Assembly: GCA_043812495.1 (NCBI GenBank)
Contig: JBDRMG010000065.1
Location: 2,339-66,338, forward strand
Source: Candidatus Omnitrophota bacterium
Lineage (GTDB): Bacteria; Omnitrophota; Gorgyraeia; Zapsychrales; JBDRMG01
Direction of reading: 5' to 3'
DNA length: 64,000 bases
Shown here: positions 54,001-63,000 of the stretch, in pieces
Numbering within the stretch: the stretch's first letter is position 1
How the letters are laid out: each line of letters opens with the position of its first letter
Notes under the pieces: model-generated
The model's input: the letters and a program-made list of their open reading frames with translations, nothing else
Database searches by the model: none
Told to the model about the DNA's origin: nothing
Program-made: the position numbers and the translations under genes

Positions 54001-57000
54001 TTTGCCCTGCATCTTGTCGAAACTTACCAAAGCTTGCTCGATCGAAACGAATTGCCACCGGCGCTAAAAGATATTCTGCGCGCACGCGGCCTTGTCGAAA
54101 ACGACACGATTCTTGTTGAAAAAATGGTTGCCTATGCGACAAGAAATATATTCTTCCACATCTCGGGCGTGCGTAATTATACCGTCTTGATTGTTCATGG
54201 CTTAGTGAAGGCAGGCCTCTTAGACCGGGCCGACGTGATCATGAGCATGGATGACGACGCCCCGGCCGAAACATATGTCTTGAAAAGAAAAGTCGATGTA
54301 GAAGGGTTCGAGCACATCAAGGAATACAGCCGCGATGCCATGAGACAGGAACGCCTTAGCCAAAGAGCCGAAGCCGTCCGGGCCATGATCGATGAAGTGA
54401 ACGTCCTTTGTCAAACCAACATCAAGGATGAGCAAGAACTTTATCGGGCGTTGGCCGATGATACCCTCTACAAACAAGCGAAACCGATTCTTGAAAAATA
54501 CTTTACCTATTCTGCGGATGGGTCCACGGGGATGATTCCTCTGGCTATGGGCCAGATATCAAAACTATCTGACCGCTATATCGAGCCCAAAGATCTCAAG
54601 ATAACGCATCAACGCTACCAATCCATACAGCTTCCTCTTCCCGAATATCTCTTAACCATGAGCGACTTCGTTTATCCCCGGCCAAGAACGGAAAAGAAGG
54701 ACGATATCTTTATGGTCATGCCGGTCAATATTTTTGCCGCGACAAAGCTGATCGGGCAAGTCGTCGAAGACACGAATTTACCGATTATGTACGGAGACCT
54801 AAGAGGAACCATGGCCAATCCGGATAAATCACAACACCACTCCCTCGGCTCGGTTGACATAACAAACAAAAGGATTACCTATCTCGCCTATCCCTTCATC
54901 GAAGATCAGGACACATCGGGGATTGCGCAGTTCTTGCGATACCTGGAGCAAGACGTCAAGAGCAGCGTCAATCTTCAGCATGCCGATCAGTCAGCGTTGA
55001 TCTTAGAAGGCGTCGGCGGTTTTGCTTCCGATACCTACATCATCTTTAACCGAGCCGTCTTGGATAACACAATTCCGTCCCCGTCCATCGGACGCGACCT
55101 GAGATTCGAAGAACCTCCGTTTATTAAGTGGGTGAGAAGCCCGGCCGCTTACGGATCCCTGGTCATGGCTTTCTCGACGGTGGCCGGCGGTCAGCAGAGA
55201 GAAATCGGCGAACGCATGTACATTATCGCTAAACAGGATTTTGACGAGCAGGTGGGCGGATTCGCAAGAGCCTTTTACGAAGAGGCCGTGCGTGATTTCT
55301 ATTCGACGGTAATGGATGCGGATTATGTGGCGCTTGAGCCCAGAAAATCAACAGAAGAACTTTATCAAATATTAGCAGAGAAATATATCGAACACGGTCG
55401 AAAGTTCACCTTGGTTGGAGAAAGGAGAGAAGAGGCCCTTGAAATTAGGAAAATAAGGGCTTATTTGGCAGCTCAGCTCGGGACCCAGCTGAAACAAAAA
55501 GAAGCCCAGTTAGCGGATTTAAAAGCAAAAGGCCAATCGGAAGATCTGGATCGAACGATAATTGACTCGCTTCAGGATCAGATCAACGCCATGAGCTTAA
55601 TCTTGGTTCAATTCGCTCACTTTTTCCATCTTTATCATGCCAAGAGTATTCGCGGCCGAGCGGATGATGACACTTCTTGTGTCAATGAAACCCAAGATTA
55701 TTTCTATCATATTAAACGCGAGGGCGATTATCTAACCTGGCAGGCCGTTGTTCCTCAAATCAAAGTGGGCAATCGACGCGGTATTATCGTATCTCTAGAC
55801 AGTCGTTGGGTGCCGCTTGAAGGAAAGCAAGGTCGCATGGTTCTTGACAGCTGGCAGGCTAAACATCAAACGTTTGAGGCAGAGCCGGGTCGATCCATTA
55901 TCCTAGGCAGCCAATTCGAAAAAGGTCAAGAAGCCATCGTGCCGGCTATTGTGAGCACCTTCACGAATGAATATCTCGAAGCGATCGCGAAAAAAGCTTC
56001 TGATCAAATTGTTTCTGACGGTGAGTTGATTATGTTGTGGGCAGATATCGCCAAAAGACTTAACAATTGGCAAGACACCAATGAGCAGAGAATTGAAGAG
56101 GCCGATCTTATCACTGAAGATGTGACCCGATCGGTCGGGATTGAACTGAACACGCAGATCAAAGCTATCCAGGAACTTGTGGCCGGTTCTCAACCGAGTG
56201 AGCTTGTTGAGACAACCATAGCTGAAATCGAAAAGATTCTTGCCCGGGATTGGCTTACGCCCCAGACTATTCACAAGGTCAGAGCTGTTGCTGCGTTTGT
56301 GGGAGAAGGGGCCAGAATCATGGATGACCTTATCAAAAGCGAAGAAAGAATCAAGGCCCACTATCGCCTACTCATAGAAAAGGCGAAAGAGGACCACGCC
56401 AAACCCCGTCCTGGCTATACAGAAGAAGATGTCGTTAAAGAAGCCACCGAAATCATCACCTCTGGCAGAATCAATAACCAAGCCGCTTGGGCTATCTTGA
56501 CGGAAGATGTTGATTGGATCAAGGCGGTCTTAGATTATTATGAGATCACGCATCAAACGGAAAAGGCCGAAAGACTGCGCGCCAGGCTCTCCGGCCGCAT
56601 GGTGCGCGAAGGCCCCATGACCACGGCCTTTGGCGCCAATCTCAATGGCTACATCCTCATCGCCACCAATGATAATCCAAATCCCGCCGCAGTCCTCGCC
56701 CATGAAAACCACGGCAAAAGCCACTCAGAAAACACCCAGGCAGAGTTTAGATATATTCTTCATGATGAAATCAAAGAATTAATCGATGAGAAAATTCAGC
56801 GTGACTCTTTGCCAAGCGAAACCGGCTCCAACGATACCGCAAACGGCATTCTTGGAATGCCGTTGGCTTGTTTTGGCATCACCCTGGCCGTTGCTATTTT
56901 GCTATTGTTTTTAGCCTATAAAGCCTACCGCAATGACATCGCACCCCATCAAATTTTCAGAACAATTCTTAGTGGTGTCCAAACCAAAGGGCCGCTGCAA

Positions 57001-60000
57001 ACAAAAAATATTCCGTTCCAACCGTGCGTCGACTTTTCTATCAAGAAAATTTCACGGAAGTCGACATCCCGACTTCAAAAGATCAAAATCTCGCTGGAAA
57101 GAATTCTACCTAAAACTACTTCTCGCTATCCGTGGCTGGCGGAGAAGAATCAGTACTTCCCAGCGAGATTTTATCTAGAAAGGTCGGGGCTGGTGATCGG
57201 ATATTTTGCAGCGGCCCTGCTTATTGTCCTCATTCCTTTATTTTGCATTAAAGCGCTGGGAATAATCTTAACGGCCATGCCGTTGCTGTTGGTCGGCGGG
57301 GTTGAAGGCGAAGATTATCAGCCAATAGGCCAGGTAACCGCCCGCGCCAAAGCGCTTTCATTGATCTTCGGCGAACCTATTGAATTACTGCCGAATTTAC
57401 CGGAATACAAAGATCTTCCTGTTATCCCGCACACGGTATTCCCTGCAAACCAGGACATCACAACGGATATCAAGAAAGTCATTTTAGATCATCCTGACCT
57501 GTTTGCCGTGATCGCGGGTGTACGCAAAGCCGCCTTCATTGAAGGCTTAACTCTTACGCCTGAGCAGGAAAAAGACTTACGTCATATCTTAAGGATGCTG
57601 AACATCATGGTGCTGGCTTCCACTGATTTCATTATTCTTCCTCAAGGCCTCTACATCTATGAAGGCTACCAATTAACAGCCGAACTCTATAGGAATAATC
57701 CTTCTGACTTACGTCTTGGCTTTACCCAGGCCGGACTAAAACTACTTATCCTGCGAGATTTTGCCAGAGGTCCCGGCCATATCTTCTATGACTTAGCTGT
57801 CCAAGCATTAAATGAGCAAGATTTATCGAACATTTCATTTGTCAGAAATGTGATGGAAGTTAAGCAGGAAGCTTCTTCTAGAGAAGGCACGCTTAAAGAG
57901 TGTTATGTTCCCACCTTTGACCGGCCGGACACCTTGCACAGAGTATTAATATCCTTGAAGACACACAATAAGCTTTATGGCCATAATGTCGCTGCTGTTA
58001 TTCATGATGACTCTCGGGATAAGTCCAATGCCGAGGGCCGCAATTTTTATCAGGAGAACCAGGCCATCATCCGTGAAATGCGTACCGCCGGGTTAGATAT
58101 TATCTACATCGGCGTTGAGGATAAAACGACTAAAATAAAGAACATGGTAGACTATCTCTTCGATAAATTTAATCTGTTATTGACCCAAGGACAATTAGAT
58201 TCCTGTATCCAAGCCCAAGTCATCCGAGATGGCTCGATCGACCGGGCCCTGATAGAAAACGCAGTTGCGGCTGCCTTTGCCACCAATATCGCGGGGGTGC
58301 GCACATTCAATAATGCCCGAAGCCAGGGCGATACATTCGCCTCGATAGACGATGACGCCTTATTCCAGATCAGAGCCCATACAAGAGCAACCTGGGAGAG
58401 AATCACAGCCGGACGGGAAGAAAAAGTTTACGCGCTCGAAATATTACTTTATGGTGAATTGGCTGACCTTTGTGAAATAACCATAGAAAATCAAGAAGAT
58501 TTTCTTGGAGCATTACGTTTAATTCCCGGCCTTCCTTCGGAGAAACAGCTTGCGGCCAACGAAATCTTTGAGCGTTATTATGCCTATCCTGACGGCCTTA
58601 TTCTTGCTGCCGCCGGCCAGATTGCCGATAATCAAGATGGTAAATATGAAAACCGCCTCAGGTTTAATGATGAACTTCAGCAGGGTTTAGATCAAAAGTT
58701 AGTCGTAGTCGAAGATACCGGGGACACGTTACCGGACATTGAAGATACGGACTTTATCCTTGTGCCGGTCGACTTCTTCGGTGTTGCCAACCATCTTATG
58801 GAAACAGGCGTAACGGCTGAATCAGGCTCGCTGATGTCCAGGGATCTGCGCGGCATTGCCGGGATCCCGGCTGATCCGGCTAACATTCCTTATGGTAAAC
58901 CTATACGCGGTGTCTCGGGCCACTTTATCGGAGCTCGTGACGGCAGCGGCAGGACACACTTTATCGAAGCCATCCAGCGCTGGAAGAGAGTCAGCAGAGT
59001 CGATTCTCATGACTTTAGGAGAATGGTGCGTTTAGCCTATGCTGGGAAGATAGGGTTATTAACCAGATTCTCTATGGACCTAGGCAATGAATTCTGCTGC
59101 AATGTTCACGCCATAGACCAGCGTGGCATGGATGAAAACGGTATGTCTTTCGCTATTCCCACCGCTTCAGGCTGGCAGAGAAGAGAAGAGCCATACCTGG
59201 TACAGTTGATGAGATTCTTATTTGACGCCTGTAGCGTCTGGGCCACAGGCGGAGCCCATGAACGCGTTCCCGGCTTGCGCCGTCCAGCCATTGGTAAGCA
59301 GGCTCTCTGGGAATTTGTTACGTTAATCTCCTATGTAGACCTGCATCCGATCCTAGAAGCATTACATGAAAGTATTCCTCAGGGCAACTCAGCTGAAAGA
59401 ATCCAGGCCTTAGGCCAGGCCTATCTTGAACTGGCAAGAACCTATCAGATCCCCGCTGATCAGATTGACCGCTTAAGAAAAGAGCAGAGACTGATCTTAA
59501 AATGGGCCAATGAACTCTTTGCGCTTCTTCAGAACCCGAATATTAATATGACCGGCGATAACGAGAGAGAACTTCTTGAAATGGCTCAGGAGTTCTGTGA
59601 ACAATTTGGGCTGTCTCGCTATCGCATGACTGATGAAGGTGTCATTGTCAAAGAAATTCCTGTTTTAGAATCCGACCCTGTCTGGCAGAACGGCCGCTAT
59701 AAAGAAAAGATTACATGGAATGCCTCTGAAGAATTAGATCCTTCTATCGTGACAATGATGACGAATGATCACATAGAATATTATGCCGCTATGGAAGACG
59801 GAATAGTATTTGAAGGCTTGTTGAAGCGTACCCGCAGCATCATTATCGAGCAGATGATCTACGACGGCCTGCAGTACCTCTTATGGCCGGATATCTTAGA
59901 GGCCATGAAGAATACCGAAGGCATTGCGATGCCGGGAGAGGTGGTTGCTTCTTTAGATAACAGACTTTCGATGGAAAGACAAGAGACGTTAGAGTATTTA

Positions 60001-63000
60001 AGAGATTTTATGAATAATTGCGAGGTGGCAAGAAGCGCATCAGATTGGCATGATCATCATTTGCACGGCACATGGGATAAGATGATACGCGAAGATGATT
60101 ATCAAGCGATATGTGCTTCTTTTGAAGGAATAGAGAAAGGCAAAGATGTTTTAGTTGTTTTACTTAGCGAGCTCGTGGTCACAAATGTTATTTCTCCTAT
60201 TCGCATTCTTACTGATGAGCACGAAATATTTGCGGTGTTAAGAAAGATCGTTACAGGTTCTCAGCTAAGTGATTCAGAAAGATTAATTAAAGAAGAATTT
60301 CTTAGAATCCTTCTTTTGGAAATCAGGAATCTGCTTGGAATATTATCCCCGCCTCGTGCGGCTGAAGATGGTGAAAACAAGAAACTGATAGAGAAACTAA
60401 ACGCAATAATTAATCAAAAAGGTTCTGAAGGCAACTCTCCTTCAAAATCTCTCGACAAAATCGAACTTGTTAAGCGCAACATTGACTTCACGACTCGGCT
60501 TATTGAAGACGGACAGGTTCCGGATGTGATCGGCACGGTCGGCAACGCGGCCTCTCAAGGATTCTGGCAGACGATTATGGATATATTTGCAAGAACCATC
60601 GGAGCCAAGCGCGGCATCGCCTTAAAAGAAGATCTTCCGACCAATCAAGCATTCGGTATTTTGTACATGTGGCATAATTTGCGGGATATCATTAAGAAGG
60701 AAGGCAATCCCTTAAGCGCGTTGTTTGCTTTTGTGTTTGGCTCAGGTTCACGCTCCACGCCTTTTACCGAAACCGACTGCGCCCAAAAACCGGCCATTCA
60801 AGGTCCCGTTAAATTAGGAGAGCGCCATGTCTCAGCCGTCGAGCTTGCCATGATGTATTTCATCGGTGTGCAGAAGCATCTTTGGCGCTCCGGATTCAGA
60901 GGAATCGTTATCAAATGGGGTGATGAGATCCAAATACCCACCCTGGATTTATCTCAGGATAATCCGTTATTCCAAAATGCTGATATCGTGCGTTTTGTTT
61001 CTTTGCGAAAAATGAATGATGATGAATCCAAGAATAAAGATTGGGTCGGAGTCGACAGCGAAGGCAAAGTGACGGCCTTTATCCCCAGAAGGTCATTAAA
61101 AGAGATGGAGCTTTTAGCGGATCAAGGTTTATTGCAGCGCCGTGAAGACGGCCTCTACGGCGGCATCAACTTGGGAAGCGTCGCCATATCTTATGATTTA
61201 TTAGAAGTCTTATTAGATGAATTCAAGAATGATGTTTTAGACCCCAATGTAAAAAGAGGCGACCGCCCTGATTTAGATCCGCAGTTCTTTACAGCCGTCT
61301 GTATTGCAGCCATCGCTGATGCCGAAGCCCGGGAAACAGCATGGCAGGAAGCCATCACGACTGTCAAGGCCATGAAAGAATTCAATGACAAGATGCCGGG
61401 GGTCTTAGCCAGAATCCGCCATGCCTTAGATAACCTTGAGCAAGCCCATAGCCGTCCGATTAAGATGGTGGCCATGGATTTCTTGGATCAATACTGGGCG
61501 GATATCGGTCAGCACGCGAAGATGTTTGACTTCTTTACCTTAATTAATCAAGACGGCGCTGAAGCTGAAATCAGCCGCTCGCTGGCCGGCATCGAGGCAC
61601 AACGCGATGATAGCGGCAATATCCTCATCGGCAACTGCCAGATCAGCCCTGATGTGCAAGTGACCAATTCCATTCTCATTGACGTCCGATTGACCGGTCA
61701 AGGGCATGTCAAAAATAGCGTGTTGATCGGCACCGAAACCATGAATATAGAAGCTGTTAATGCCTTTGATTTCCAGAGCATAGTTCCGGCGATAACATTA
61801 GAAAGCAGAGCCGGCACATATAAAGTTGTTTCGGATGAGCCTGTTTATGCCCGCGAAAAAATGCGTCTCACCACTTTGTTTATGCCCTCCTATGGCATCA
61901 AGCTTATGCAGGTGCACGAAGACGATGACTTGCGCAAAGATGAGATTTACGGCAAAACGAAAGAAGGCACAGATCTAGAGCCCATTCATGGTAATGCCGT
62001 TACCTTTGTTCAAGCCCATGAGGATATGGGGCAATTAAGTTATGAAGAATTGCAGGAACGCAGAGCAAGAAGAATAGAAGAGGTGAAGGCTGTTATAACG
62101 AGTTCGAGCCGTTCTTCAGGCTCCTTTGTTGGGTCCTCTGCGTCGGAGGGTGTTGCGATAGATATCATTTCAGACCATGGCGAAATTGTCAGGATTTTAA
62201 CGGAGGCAAGTCAAGAAAGCGGATTCCCACTGGAAGGCGTCACGATTTTCAATTTTGATGAACATGATGACCGCGGCGTTGTCCCCGAAGTATTTGATCA
62301 CTGGACGAGATTTGATGGATGCTGGGCTAGCGTCGCCGAAGCAAGAAAGCTGGCTAAAGTTGTTGTGCATTGTTCTCCCAGAGTTGTTTTTAATCCAGAT
62401 TTATTCAAACAAATATTAGGACAAAAAATTCAAACACCCGTTTGGATAACCGTATGCTACGACTTCTTCTCTTATCAAATGCATGATGAACACGGCTTCC
62501 CAATGGGACAGGTCTTACGACATTTAGAAAAGAAAAGTATTAAGGCTGAAATTGAGAAGATAATTAAACTCTGCGAACATCTCAATGTCACCAGAGTTGT
62601 ACTTGCCTATTCCCCCGGTTATTTGTCAGAACGGGCAGACGCCGATTATATTAAATTCATTGATGAACAGTTTAAATTAGCCTTTGGTAAATTCGATAGT
62701 CATGCAAGAAGCGCCCTTTCTAAAAAAGACAACCCGACGGCTCTTCCTTGCAATATCCCGCTGATTGTGAGCGCCAACATCCGCACCGGCCAAGACGGTT
62801 ACACATGGGGAAGATTGGCCAAGGAATCCGAAATTCTTCGGATGTTAGGTATTACGCCTCAAGACATCGGTATATCCGATGATGAACCGGTCGGTGAGCT
62901 TTGGCTGGCTTCTGATGACCGGACATATCCTTCCCAGGTGCAATTACCCGATGGTACGACTACAACACTTCCCGAGCTCCTTGAAAAAGAAGGGAAGCGT

